A stretch of 20,218 nt of DNA from Candidatus Methylomirabilia bacterium (GTDB taxonomy: Bacteria; Methylomirabilota; Methylomirabilia; Rokubacteriales; CSP1-6). Positions 11,882 through 20,218 of this stretch are shown piece by piece. Every line of letters starts with the position of its first letter. Within the stretch, counting starts at the first letter, position 1. A program made the position numbers and the translations under genes. Below the pieces are notes generated by a model that worked only from the letters and a program-made list of their open reading frames with translations, had not been told where the DNA came from and ran no database searches. The stretch spans positions 1 through 20,218 of the forward strand of contig JBGQHJ010000090.1 in NCBI GenBank assembly GCA_041497895.1, read 5' to 3'.

Positions 11882-12976
11882 TCAGCGCGCGACGCGCCCC
11901 TCCAGCAGCCAGTCGTCGCCCAGCGGCCGCGCGGTCAGGCGCTCGAGGCGAACCGCGTCTCCCAGGTGCAGGCCGGGGCCTCCCGCCGGGGTCGGCGCGG
12001 TGGCCCCGCCCACGAGCTTCGGGGCGACGAACACCGCGACCCGGTCCACCAGGCCGGCCTGGACGAAGGAGCCGGTGAGCTCGCCGCCGGCCTCGAGCAG
12101 GAGCGCGGTGACGTCGAGGGCGAAGAGCCGGGCGCAGACGTCGACCACATCCACTCGCCCGTCGCTCGACTTGCACTGCAGCACGGTCGCGCCGCACGAC
12201 GCGAGCGCGGCCACGCGCGCGGCCGGCGCGTCCTCGCCCACCGCCACCAAAACGCGGGCCCGGGTGCCGGTGCGCAGCAGCGCGGCCTCGAGGGGCAGCC
12301 GTGCGCGGCCGTCCACCACCACGCGGTACGGCTCACGCGGCCACGGCCGTTCGAGCCGGACGGTGAGGGCCGGGTCGTCGGCCAGCACGGTGCCGATGCC
12401 GGTGACGATGGCGTCGCTCTCGCTCCGCAGCCGATGCGCCTCGCGGCGCGCCGCCTCCCCGGTGATCCACCGCGATCGCCGATCGTGGGCCGCGATCTTG
12501 CCGTCGAGGGTCATGGCCCACTTCGCGGTCACGTGAGGGCGCTGCTGCGCGATCGCGGTGAAGAACACGTGGTTGAGCTCGCGAGCTTCGCCCTCGAGGC
12601 AGCCCAGGTCGACCTCGATCCCGGCCGCGGTCAGCGCCGCGGCCCCTCCCCCGGCCACGCGCGGATTCGGATCGCGCGTGGCGGCCACCACCCGGTGCAC
12701 GCCCGCGCGGAGGATGGCGTCCACGCAGGGCGGCGTCCGGCCTACGTGGTTGCACGGCTCGAGCGTGACGTAGAGGGTGGCCCCACGGGCCCGCGGCCCG
12801 GCGGCCTCGAGCGCGGCCGCCTCCGCGTGGGGTCCCCCCGCGCGCTCGTGGAAGCGCTCGACGACCACCGCGCCGTCCTGGACCACCAGCGCGCCGACCA
12901 TCGGATTGGGGGACGTGAGCCCACGGCCGCGAGCGGCCAGGGCCAGCGCGCGGGCCATCCACCGGGTGTCGTCCAT
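11882..12976 (-). CDS. ribD: Bifunctional pyrimidine deaminase/reductase RibD
   Basis: Most likely ATG 12976 (MDDTRWMARALALA), 364 aa; an in-frame ATG at 13015 is an alternative. TSPNPMVG, HAE, TLEPCNHVGRTPPC, KWAMTLDGKIA, GIGTVLADDPALTVR. Confidence 0.95.
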   Translation of the reverse strand: MDDTRWMARALALAARGRGLTSPNPMVGALVVQDGAVVVERFHERAGGPHAEAAALEAAGPRARGATLYVTLEPCNHVGRTPPCVDAILRAGVHRVVAATRDPNPRVAGGGAAALTAAGIEVDLGCLEGEARELNHVFFTAIAQQRPHVTAKWAMTLDGKIAAHDRRSRWITGEAARREAHRLRSESDAIVTGIGTVLADDPALTVRLERPWPREPYRVVVDGRARLPLEAALLRTGTRARVLVAVGEDAPAARVAALASCGATVLQCKSSDGRVDVVDVCARLFALDVTALLLEAGGELTGSFVQAGLVDRVAVFVAPKLVGGATAPTPAGGPGLHLGDAVRLERLTARPLGDDWLLEGRVAR

Positions 12977-13013
12977 GGGTTCGCCGGGGCCGCCTCGTGC
13001 CGCCCCGGCACGC

Positions 13014-13019
13014 ATTCTA
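13014..13019 (-). promoter_or_regulatory. Putative -10 element (TAGAAT) for the rib genes, overlapping the ftsY stop
   Basis: TAGAAT (5/6 to TATAAT) is formed by the ftsY TAG plus AAT, 37 nt upstream of the ribD ATG. No -35 match. Confidence 0.45.
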
Positions 13020-13964
13020 CCCCGCCGGCGTGGTCTCCGGCTGCTCCCCGAGGAGGGCGTCCACGAAGGTCCCGGGCTCGAAGGGCTGGAGATCCTCGAT
13101 CTGCTCCCCCACCCCGACCAGCTTGATCGGAACCCCGAGCTCCTGGTGGATGCGCAGCGCGATCCCGCCCTTGGCGGTGCCATCGAGCTTGGTCAGCACG
13201 AGCCCAGTGAGCCCGACGGCCTCGTGGAACATCCGCGCCTGCTGGAGCCCGTTCTGGCCGGTCGGCGCCTCGATCACCATCAACGATTCGTGCGGCGCGC
13301 CCGGAAGCTGGCGCCCGAGGACCCGCTTCAGCTTGGCCAGCTCGTCCATCAGGTTGGACTTGGTGTGCAGGCGCCCGGCGGTATCCACCAGCAGCACGTC
13401 CGAGCCGCGGGAGGAGGCCGCCTTCACCGCGTCGAAGACCACCGCGGCGGGATCCGCGCCTGCCGCCTGGTGGATCACCTCGACGTCGATGCGGCGGCCC
13501 CACTCCTGGAGCTGCTCGATGGCGGCGGCCCGGAACGTGTCCGCCGCCGCCATCAGCACGTGCTTGCCGTCCGCCTTGAGGGACGCGGCCAGCTTCGCGG
13601 TGCTGGTGGTCTTGCCGGCCCCGTTGACGCCTAGCATCAGGATCACCGTCGGATGCCCGTCGAGGCGCAATGGCGCCGCCGCGCCCGCGAGCGACTCGGT
13701 GAGGAAGCGGTGGAGCGCCCCGCGAACGTCCTGACTCGAGCCGATGCGGCCCCGCTTGACCTCGTCCCGTACGCGCTTGACGAAGGCGCTCGCGGCGGCC
13801 GCGCCCAGGTCGGCGGCGATGAGGGTCTCCTCGAGCTCCTCCAGCATCGCTTCGTCGACCGGGCGCGTGATGGAGAGGATGGCTCCGAGCCCCTCGTCCA
13901 TCAGATCTCGAGTGCGTCGTAGCCCCTGCCGGACGCGCTCCCCGAGGGAGCGGAACAGGCTCAC
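13017..13964 (-). CDS. ftsY: Signal recognition particle receptor FtsY (NG domain only)
   Basis: 315 aa; LEELEETLIAADLG, GVNGAGKTTS, DTFRAAAIEQL, DTAGRLH, TKLDGTAKGG, GVGEQIEDLQPF. GTGA overlap with the upstream gene. Confidence 0.96.
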   Translation of the reverse strand: MSLFRSLGERVRQGLRRTRDLMDEGLGAILSITRPVDEAMLEELEETLIAADLGAAAASAFVKRVRDEVKRGRIGSSQDVRGALHRFLTESLAGAAAPLRLDGHPTVILMLGVNGAGKTTSTAKLAASLKADGKHVLMAAADTFRAAAIEQLQEWGRRIDVEVIHQAAGADPAAVVFDAVKAASSRGSDVLLVDTAGRLHTKSNLMDELAKLKRVLGRQLPGAPHESLMVIEAPTGQNGLQQARMFHEAVGLTGLVLTKLDGTAKGGIALRIHQELGVPIKLVGVGEQIEDLQPFEPGTFVDALLGEQPETTPAG

Positions 13965-14860
13965 GAGCCGGTCGCGGCCGGCGCGGGTAGCTCGAGGCGC
14001 TGGATCACCGTCCCCTTCGCCCCGAGGGACGGCAGGGCCTTACCGTTCAGCGTGAGCTCGACGCCGCCGGCGTTGCCGATGGTCAGGAGGAAGCGGTGCT
14101 CGGCCGCCCACTCGCGGCTCGCTCCGGCGGGCAGGAGCTCCTCGGCGATGCGCCCCTCGTCGGTCTGGACGCGAACCCACGTGGGCTCGACCGCCCGGAT
14201 CACGAGCCGCTGGCCGCCGGTGCCCGTGGTCCCGGAAGCGGGCCGCGCGACGGGCGGCGACGGGGCCGGGGTGCTGGTCGCGGTCGGAGGAGTCAGGCGG
14301 GCGGGCTCCGTCGCGACGGGTGCCGGGGACGCAGGCGCGGGGGCGGGCGCGTGCGCCGGGGCAGCCGAGGCGACCGGTGGTGCCGTCGTGGCTGGAGTCG
14401 GGGCCGGCGCCACTGCTGAGACCGGAGATGACGGCTCGGTTTTCGCTGTAGCGACAGAGGTTCCACCGCTCTTCTTCACGCTCAGGTTCACCAGGACGAG
14501 CCCCACGCCCAGGACCAGGAGGAGGACGAGGCCGACGACCACCGAGCTGCTGGCCCAGGTGTTGCGAGGCCCCGCGGGCGCGCTCGCGGCGTCGGCCGCT
14601 GCGCGGGTCCCGGCCAGCTCCTGGTAGCGGCCGAGGGCGGGCTCCGGGCTCTCGCGGAGGAAGCCGCAGTAGGCCCGGATGAAACCGCGCACGAAGACGG
14701 GCGACGGCAGGTCGGCGAGGCGCTCCTCCTCGAGGGCCTCCAGGTGGCGGATCCCGACGCGAGTCGAGCGCGCCATGTCCTCGAGCGAGCCGCCCTTGGC
14801 CTCGCGGAGCGAGCGAAGGTAACCGCCGAGCGACGCGCCGGACGATTCAGCGTGCGGCAT
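13961..14860 (-). CDS. rodZ: RodZ-family cytoskeletal membrane protein (HTH, TM, Pro/Ala/Thr linker, DUF4115-like domain)
   Basis: Start placed at ATG 14860, 299 aa; the 941-aa track ORF extension overlaps smc. SLGGYLRSLRE...LEALEE...LPSPVFVRGFIRAYC HTH, one TM (VVVGLVLLLVLGVGLVLV), C-terminal WVRVQTD...IGNAGGVELTLNGK. Confidence 0.85.
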   Translation of the reverse strand: MPHAESSGASLGGYLRSLREAKGGSLEDMARSTRVGIRHLEALEEERLADLPSPVFVRGFIRAYCGFLRESPEPALGRYQELAGTRAAADAASAPAGPRNTWASSSVVVGLVLLLVLGVGLVLVNLSVKKSGGTSVATAKTEPSSPVSAVAPAPTPATTAPPVASAAPAHAPAPAPASPAPVATEPARLTPPTATSTPAPSPPVARPASGTTGTGGQRLVIRAVEPTWVRVQTDEGRIAEELLPAGASREWAAEHRFLLTIGNAGGVELTLNGKALPSLGAKGTVIQRLELPAPAATGS

Positions 14861-14867
14861 GCGAGGT

Positions 14868-14895
14868 AGTGTAGCGCAGATCAGGCTGCGGTCAG
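14868..14895 (-). promoter_or_regulatory. Putative promoter for rodZ-ftsY giving a leaderless mRNA
   Basis: CTGACC (14895-14890), N16, TACACT (14873-14868), 7 nt, ATG 14860. No SD in the 20-nt spacer. Confidence 0.55.
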
Positions 14896-17800
14896 CTTCA
14901 CAGAGACGAGGCGCGAGAGCCCGGGCTCCTCCATGGTCACGCCGTAGAGCACGTCGGCGGCCTCCATGGTCTTGCGGTTGTGGGTGATCACCACGAACTG
15001 GGTCTGCGTGCAGAGCTCGCGCAGCACCCGCAGGAAGCGGTGGATGTTGGCGTCGTCGAGCGGAGCGTCGACCTCGTCCAGCACGCAGAACGGGCTCGGC
15101 CGGTGGTAGAAGATCGCGAAGAGCAGGGCCAGTCCGGTGAGGGCTTTCTCGCCGCCCGACATGAGGGTCACCGCCTGCAGGCGCTTGCCCCGGGGCTGCG
15201 CCATCAGCTCCACACCCAGCTCCAGCGGGTCGTCCTCGCCTTCCTCCGGCGGCACCATCCGCAGCTCGGCGCGCCCCCCCTCGAACAGCCGGGAGAAGAT
15301 TTCGCTGAAGTGCCGGTTGATGTCGTCGAAGGCCTCCTGGAACCGCTCCTGGGCGGTACGGGTCATGCCGCGGAGGGCCTTCTCGAGGTCCTTGATCGAG
15401 GCGACCACGTCGTCGTGCTGGGTGCGCAGGAAGTCGAGGCGCTCGGTCAGCTCGCGGAACTCCTCGTCCGCGACCAGGTTGACCGGGCCCATCGCCTCGA
15501 GCTTGGTCGAGAGCTCCTCGTGCCGCTGTCGCACCTCGTCGAGGTCCCGCGCGGCGTCGTGGGCGCCCCGCAGCGCTTCCGCGGTCTCGATCGCGTGCCG
15601 TCGTCGCGCCTCCTGGAGCAGCTCCTCGCGCCGCACGCGTCCCTCCGTCTCCAGCAGATCGAGCTGGTGGAGCCGGCTCACGAGCCCGTTCAGCTGCTGC
15701 TGTACCTCGCGCAGCTCGCCGTCGACCGCCTGGCGTAGGGCGAGCTGTCGCTGGTGCTCCTCGGCGATGACCGCGACCCCGGCCTCGAGCCGGTCGCGCT
15801 CGCTCACCGCGTCGCGGGCCTGCGCGTCTGTTCGCTCCCGCTCCGCGGCGAGGTCGGCCCGGCGCTCCGTGGTCTGGGCCCGGCGGACCACCGATTGCTT
15901 CTGCTGGAGCGCGAAGTCGCGCTCCAGGTCCATGATGCGGTCGATGTCGCGGCCGAGTGAGTCGACCCGCTCGGCCACGGTGGCGAGCTCGACGCGGCAT
16001 CCGGTGAGGCGATCGGTGAGCCCGGTCTCGTCCACCTGCCCGGTCTCGAGCAGCGCCTGCAGCGCGGTCATGTCGCCGCCCAGGCGTGCCTCCTGCTCGG
16101 CGGCGGCCATTAGGGCGCGCTCCAGCTCGAGCAGCTGCGAGGCCGTCTCGTCGCGCTCGCCCGCGAGCTGCTGGCTCTCGGCCGCGAGGGTCTCCAGGTG
16201 CCGGGCGATCCGGTCGGATTCGCGCTGCACCGACTCGAGGTCCTTCTCCCCGGACAGCCGCGCCGTCTCCTGGGCCTGGTAGTTGGACTGCAGGCCCTCG
16301 AGCCGCGTCCGCAGCCCGGTCACCTCGCCCTCCACGGTCTCGAGGTGCGCCGCCGCCGCGTCGCCGTCGCGGCCGAGGCCCCCGAGCTCCTCGCCGAGCT
16401 GGCGGATGGCCCGCTTGCGGCCGAGCAGCGACTGATCGTTGCTCTGCCGCTCGCTGCCGCGGTGACCTCCGGTGAGCCGGCCGCTCGGCGAGAGCACCTC
16501 GCCGGACCGCGTGACGTAGGTGGCGACGACCCCGTTGCGACGCCACAGGGTCTCGGCCTGGTCGAGATGCGCGACGACTCCGACCCGACCGAGGAGGTGG
16601 TGAAGCAGGGCCGGCCACGGGCCGCCTACCAGGCGGGCCGCCCAGCTCACCTCGCCGGAATCCTCGGGCAGCGTGGCAGGCGCGGGAAGCGTCTCGAGCG
16701 GCAGCAGGGTCGCCGCGCCGGCGCCCTCCCGCTCGAGATAGCCGAGGGCGGCGCGCGCGTGCTCGAAGCGCTCGACCACGACCCACTGCAGCCGATCGCC
16801 GAGCACGGCTTCGACCGCGGCCTCGAGCCCGTTCGGAACCTCGAGGAGATCCGCCACGGTCCCGACCACGCCGCCCAGATCGCCCGAGGCGGTCCGCGCG
16901 AACATGGCGCGGACCCCGGCGCCGTATCCCTCGCGCTCCCGCTCGAGCCGCTCGAGCGCCTCCAGGGCCGACCGGCGCGCGGCCAGTTTCACCCGGAGCT
17001 CGGCGAGCGACTCCTGGGCCGCGGCCCGGACCGTCTCGCGCTCGCGACGCGCGGCCTCGATCTCCTGCAGCTCCGTGCTCAGCAGCGAGAGCTGGGCGCC
17101 CGTTCGCTGCCGCGCGACTTGCAGGCGCTGGCGCGTGGCCGCGAGCACGTCGGCCTCGGCGCGGGCGGAGGCGAGCTCGGCGGCGAGCCGGTCGGCGCGG
17201 CGGTCGACCTGGGTCCGCCGCTCGCGCAGCTCACCGCTGGAGCGCGTCAGGTCGGCGCGGGCGCTCGCCACCCGGATCTGCTCGAGCCGGATGGTCTCGA
17301 AGCGCTCGCGGCGCTCGCTGAGCGCGGACCGGCAGGCCTCGATCCGCGTCTCGACCCGCCGCACTTCCTCGTCCTGCCGCCCGTGCCGCTCCCGGGCCTC
17401 GTCGAGTGCGCGGCTCTTGTCGTCACGCTCGGCCGACAGCGCGACCCGCCGCTCCGAGAGCCCGCGGATCTCTTCCTCGAGCCGGGTCTCCTCCGCGAGC
17501 AGATCCTGGATCTGCAGTCCCATCTGCTCCCGGCGCTCGAGGAGGCGCTCCGCCTCGCCCTGGATCTTCTGCACCGACTGCCGGAGGTCTCCCAGCCGGT
17601 ACTCGGTGTCCTGGATCGCGGCGGACTGCAGGGCCTGGCGCCCGGTCAGGGTGGCGACCCGCGCCCGCTGCTGCTCCTCGGTCTCCCGTAGCGACTCCAT
17701 CTCGCGCGTGACCGCCTCGTGCTGGGTGGCCAGCGCCGCGTAGTCGGCGGCGAGCAATGCCAGGTCGAGGCCCTGGCGCTCGGACTGGAGCGCCTTGTAC

Positions 17801-18438
17801 TGCTGGGCCTTCCGGGCCTGACGCTCGATCGACGAGAGCTGCCGCCGCACCTCCTCCATCACGTCGCGCAGGCGCTGGAGGTTGAGCCGGGTCGCGTCGA
17901 GCTTGCCCTGGGTCTCGGAGCGCTGCTGCTTGTAGCGGGCGATACCGGCCGCCTCCTCGATGAACACCCGGCGCTCCCACGGCTTGGCGGTCAGCACGTG
18001 GTTGAGGCGCTCCTGGTCCATGAGCGCGTAGGCCTTGGGGTTGACCCCGGTCCCCGCGAAGAGATCCTGGATGTCCCGCAGGCGGCACACGTTGGTGTTG
18101 AGCAGGTACTCGCTCTCACCGGTGCGGTACAGGCGTCGGGCCACCGCCACTTCGCTCCACGGTACGCTGAGGCCGCCGTCGTTGTTGAACACGAGGCTGA
18201 CCTCCGCCATGCCGACCATCTTCCGCGAGGCGGAGCCGTGGAAGATGACGTCCTCCATCTTGTTGCCGCGGAGGGTCTTCGGGCTCTGCTCGCCGAGGGC
18301 CCAGCGGATGGCGTCCGCCACGTTGGACTTGCCGCAGCCGTTGGGACCGACGATGCACGTGACGCCGGGAAAGACCTTGACGTCGGTCTTCTCGGCGAAC
18401 GACTTGAAGCCGTGGATCAGGATCGATTCGAGTCGCAT
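14881..18438 (-). CDS. smc: Chromosome segregation protein SMC
   Basis: 1185 aa; GFKSFA, Walker A GPNGCGKSN, long coiled coils, hinge (GVVGTVADLL...SGRLTGG), signature MSGGEK, Walker B/D-loop FCVLDEVDAPLD, QFVVITH. Confidence 0.97.
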   Translation of the reverse strand: MRLESILIHGFKSFAEKTDVKVFPGVTCIVGPNGCGKSNVADAIRWALGEQSPKTLRGNKMEDVIFHGSASRKMVGMAEVSLVFNNDGGLSVPWSEVAVARRLYRTGESEYLLNTNVCRLRDIQDLFAGTGVNPKAYALMDQERLNHVLTAKPWERRVFIEEAAGIARYKQQRSETQGKLDATRLNLQRLRDVMEEVRRQLSSIERQARKAQQYKALQSERQGLDLALLAADYAALATQHEAVTREMESLRETEEQQRARVATLTGRQALQSAAIQDTEYRLGDLRQSVQKIQGEAERLLERREQMGLQIQDLLAEETRLEEEIRGLSERRVALSAERDDKSRALDEARERHGRQDEEVRRVETRIEACRSALSERRERFETIRLEQIRVASARADLTRSSGELRERRTQVDRRADRLAAELASARAEADVLAATRQRLQVARQRTGAQLSLLSTELQEIEAARRERETVRAAAQESLAELRVKLAARRSALEALERLEREREGYGAGVRAMFARTASGDLGGVVGTVADLLEVPNGLEAAVEAVLGDRLQWVVVERFEHARAALGYLEREGAGAATLLPLETLPAPATLPEDSGEVSWAARLVGGPWPALLHHLLGRVGVVAHLDQAETLWRRNGVVATYVTRSGEVLSPSGRLTGGHRGSERQSNDQSLLGRKRAIRQLGEELGGLGRDGDAAAAHLETVEGEVTGLRTRLEGLQSNYQAQETARLSGEKDLESVQRESDRIARHLETLAAESQQLAGERDETASQLLELERALMAAAEQEARLGGDMTALQALLETGQVDETGLTDRLTGCRVELATVAERVDSLGRDIDRIMDLERDFALQQKQSVVRRAQTTERRADLAAERERTDAQARDAVSERDRLEAGVAVIAEEHQRQLALRQAVDGELREVQQQLNGLVSRLHQLDLLETEGRVRREELLQEARRRHAIETAEALRGAHDAARDLDEVRQRHEELSTKLEAMGPVNLVADEEFRELTERLDFLRTQHDDVVASIKDLEKALRGMTRTAQERFQEAFDDINRHFSEIFSRLFEGGRAELRMVPPEEGEDDPLELGVELMAQPRGKRLQAVTLMSGGEKALTGLALLFAIFYHRPSPFCVLDEVDAPLDDANIHRFLRVLRELCTQTQFVVITHNRKTMEAADVLYGVTMEEPGLSRLVSVKLTAA

Positions 18439-18468
18439 GACATGGGTGCGCCCGCAGGGCGTGTTTCA

Positions 18469-18498
18469 TAGATAACACACGCTCCGGGGATCGACCAA
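18469..18498 (-). promoter_or_regulatory. Putative smc promoter
   Basis: TTGGTC (18498-18493), N18, TATCTA (18474-18469) with an extended TG. It lies just downstream of the terminator, where smc would need its own promoter, but the -10 lacks the final T. Confidence 0.35.
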
Positions 18499-18521
18499 GA
18501 AAAAACCCCCACGAGTGGGGG
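18497..18521 (-). terminator. Intrinsic terminator downstream of secA
   Basis: The minus strand reads CCCCCA-CTCG-TGGGGG-TTTTTTCTT: 6-bp stem, 4-nt loop, U tract, about 50 nt after the secA stop. Confidence 0.7.
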
Positions 18522-18537
18522 GCGGGGGGGTGCGCCG

Positions 18538-18553
18538 GCACTAGATGTGGGTC
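18538..18553 (-). promoter_or_regulatory. NrdR-box-like operator
   Basis: GACCCACATCTAGTGC versus consensus acaCwAtATaTwGtgt: all six strongly conserved positions match, as does the TAGTG end. A second degenerate copy lies 32 bp away. Confidence 0.55.
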
Positions 18554-18569
18554 GCGCCGATCGCGGTGG

Positions 18570-20218
18570 CTAGGCCCCCTTGAGCAGGCAGCACTTCTTG
18601 TACTTCTTGCCCGAGCCGCACGGGCACGGATCGTTGCGGCCTACCTTCTGTCCGTCCGCGGCGCGCAGCTCCGGGCGGGCCGCGGCGGCCCGGGGCGCGC
18701 CCCCGCCCTGCTCGCCGCCCCCCGTCTCCTGCCACTCGGGCATGGCGCGCTGGGCCACCCGGGTGGTCGGGGCATCCTCCTGGGTCATGCGCACCTTGAA
18801 GAGCTGCTCGACCGCCGTCTCCTTCAGGCTGCCGATCATCTCCTGGAACATGTCGAAGGCTTCCTTCTTGTACTCGGTCAGCGGGTCGCGCTGGCCGTAG
18901 CCGCGGAGCCCGATGCCCTCCTTCAGGTGATCCATGTTCAGCAGGTGCTCGCGCCAGAGCTGGTTGATGCCGCGGAAGCCTCCGCCGTCCCACTCGAGCC
19001 CGAGCACGATCCAGCGTTCGAGCCGATGGAACATCTCGGCGCCCATCTCCTGCTCCCGCTGCCGATAGTGCCGCTCCGCCGCCTCGGTGATCTCTTCCAC
19101 CAGGGCCGGCTGCGCGCCCACCTCCTCGAGATGAGGGGTCGGCACCCGGAAGTCGAACTGGCGATGGAGGGCTTCGTTGAGCCCGACCAGGTCCCAGTCC
19201 TCGGGGTGGGCGTCGGCGGCCGCGTATCGTTCCACCAGGCCGCCCGCCAGCTCGCCGATCCACTCGAGCACGGTCTCCTCCTGGCTCTCCCCCGCCAGGA
19301 TCTCGCGCCGCAGCCCGTAGACGATCTCGCGCTGCTTGTTCATCACGTCGTCGTACTCGAGCAGGTGCTTGCGGATCTCGAAGTTGCGCGTCTCGACCCG
19401 CTTCTGGGCGGTGCCGATGGCGCGGGTGACGAGCTTGTGCTCGATCGGCTCGCCCTCCTCCATGCCCAGGCGGTCCATGATCCGCTGGATCCGCTCGGAG
19501 CCGAAGATGCGCAGCAGGTCGTCCTCGAGCGAGAGGTAGAAGCGCGAGGAGCCGGGGTCGCCCTGGCGTCCCGAGCGGCCGCGGAGCTGGTTGTCGACGC
19601 GGCGGGACTCGTGTCGCTCGGTGCCGATGATGTGGAGGCCCCCGAGGGCGACCACCCGCTCGTGCTCGGGATCGGTCGACTTCTTGGCCTCGACCCAGGA
19701 GGCCTCGCGCGCCTCCGCGGGGGCGGTGGCGGGGTCGAGCCCCTTCTTGCTCAGGAGGGCCTTGGCCAGGAAGTCGGGGTTGCCGCCGAGCAGGATGTCG
19801 GTGCCGCGCCCGGCCATGTTGGTGGCGATGGTGACCGACTTCTCGCGCCCGGCCTGGGCCACGATCTCGGCCTCGCGCTCGTGGTACTTGGCGTTGAGCA
19901 CCTGGTGGGCGATCCCGCGCTTCTTGAGCAGCTTGGAGAGGCGCTCCGACTTCTCGATGGAGACGGTGCCCACCAGGACCGGCTGCCCCTTGCCGTGCCG
20001 CTCTGCGATCTCGTTGGCCACCGCGTCGAACTTCTCGCGCTCGGTCTTGTAGACCACGTCCGGGAAGTTGATCCGGCCCAGCGTCCGGTTGGTCGGGATC
20101 ACCGTGACGTCCAGCTCGTAGATCTTGGCGAACTCCTCGGCCTCGGTGGCCGCGGTGCCGGTCATGCCGGAGAGCTTGTCGTACATCCGGAAGTAGTTCT
20201 GGAGCGTGATGGTGGCGA
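18570..20218 (-). CDS. secA: Protein translocase subunit SecA (5' part outside the window)
   Basis: Open to the window edge ([22 protein letters not shown]); [49 protein letters not shown]-terminal SEC-C zinc motif [20 protein letters not shown]. Confidence 0.98.
   Translation of the reverse strand, partial: ATITLQNYFRMYDKLSGMTGTAATEAEEFAKIYELDVTVIPTNRTLGRINFPDVVYKTEREKFDAVANEIAERHGKGQPVLVGTVSIEKSERLSKLLKKRGIAHQVLNAKYHEREAEIVAQAGREKSVTIATNMAGRGTDILLGGNPDFLAKALLSKKGLDPATAPAEAREASWVEAKKSTDPEHERVVALGGLHIIGTERHESRRVDNQLRGRSGRQGDPGSSRFYLSLEDDLLRIFGSERIQRIMDRLGMEEGEPIEHKLVTRAIGTAQKRVETRNFEIRKHLLEYDDVMNKQREIVYGLRREILAGESQEETVLEWIGELAGGLVERYAAADAHPEDWDLVGLNEALHRQFDFRVPTPHLEEVGAQPALVEEITEAAERHYRQREQEMGAEMFHRLERWIVLGLEWDGGGFRGINQLWREHLLNMDHLKEGIGLRGYGQRDPLTEYKKEAFDMFQEMIGSLKETAVEQLFKVRMTQEDAPTTRVAQRAMPEWQETGGGEQGGGAPRAAAARPELRAADGQKVGRNDPCPCGSGKKYKKCCLLKGA

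Noticed and set aside
12977..13016. FMN riboswitch upstream of the rib genes
   Set aside because: The spacer is only 40 nt and has none of the RFN conserved motifs.
14215..14470. Repetitive-looking region in rodZ
   Set aside because: It encodes an ordinary Pro/Ala/Thr-rich periplasmic linker and has no exact tandem DNA unit.
15149..15163. SMC signature MSGGE instead of LSGGE
   Set aside because: This is a conservative substitution and all other ATPase motifs are intact.
13961..16786. Apparent 941-aa protein ending in a RodZ domain
   Set aside because: The first ~640 aa are low-complexity Arg/Gly/Ala/Pro text from an alternative frame of smc. The recognisable protein starts at ATG 14860.
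18517..18530. G6-C-G7 run as a G-quadruplex or phase-variation tract
   Set aside because: There are only two runs, one of which is the terminator arm, and they are outside coding sequence and the promoter spacer.

Overview
High-GC (roughly 70% by eye) bacterial core-genome window with 16 housekeeping genes, all on the minus strand and mostly overlapping or abutting. In transcription order: secA (5'-truncated), smc, rodZ-like, ftsY, ribD, ribE, ribBA, ribH, nusB, a metallophosphoesterase, lnt, prfB (+1 programmed frameshift), lysS, lolC/E, lolD, clpC (3'-truncated; absent from the ORF track). I see no mobile element, CRISPR array, RNA gene or defence island, and the long plus-strand ORFs are antisense shadows. 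I found no new multi-gene system; the interesting signals are small. (1) The metallophosphoesterase has no ATG/GTG/TTG before its first metal-binding motif, so it needs an ATC start or readthrough of the in-frame nusB TGA. (2) A pair of NrdR-box-like sites 32 bp apart lies upstream of smc, the second doubling as the secA terminator hairpin. (3) SecA has a 9-aa insertion in the two-helix-finger region. (4) rodZ appears to have a leaderless promoter and sits between smc and ftsY. (5) An AT-rich synonymous-codon patch inside lnt carries -10 motifs. (6) The ClpC ClpP-docking loop reads PGF. A diderm such as Candidatus Rokubacteria/Methylomirabilota is my unverified guess at the source.
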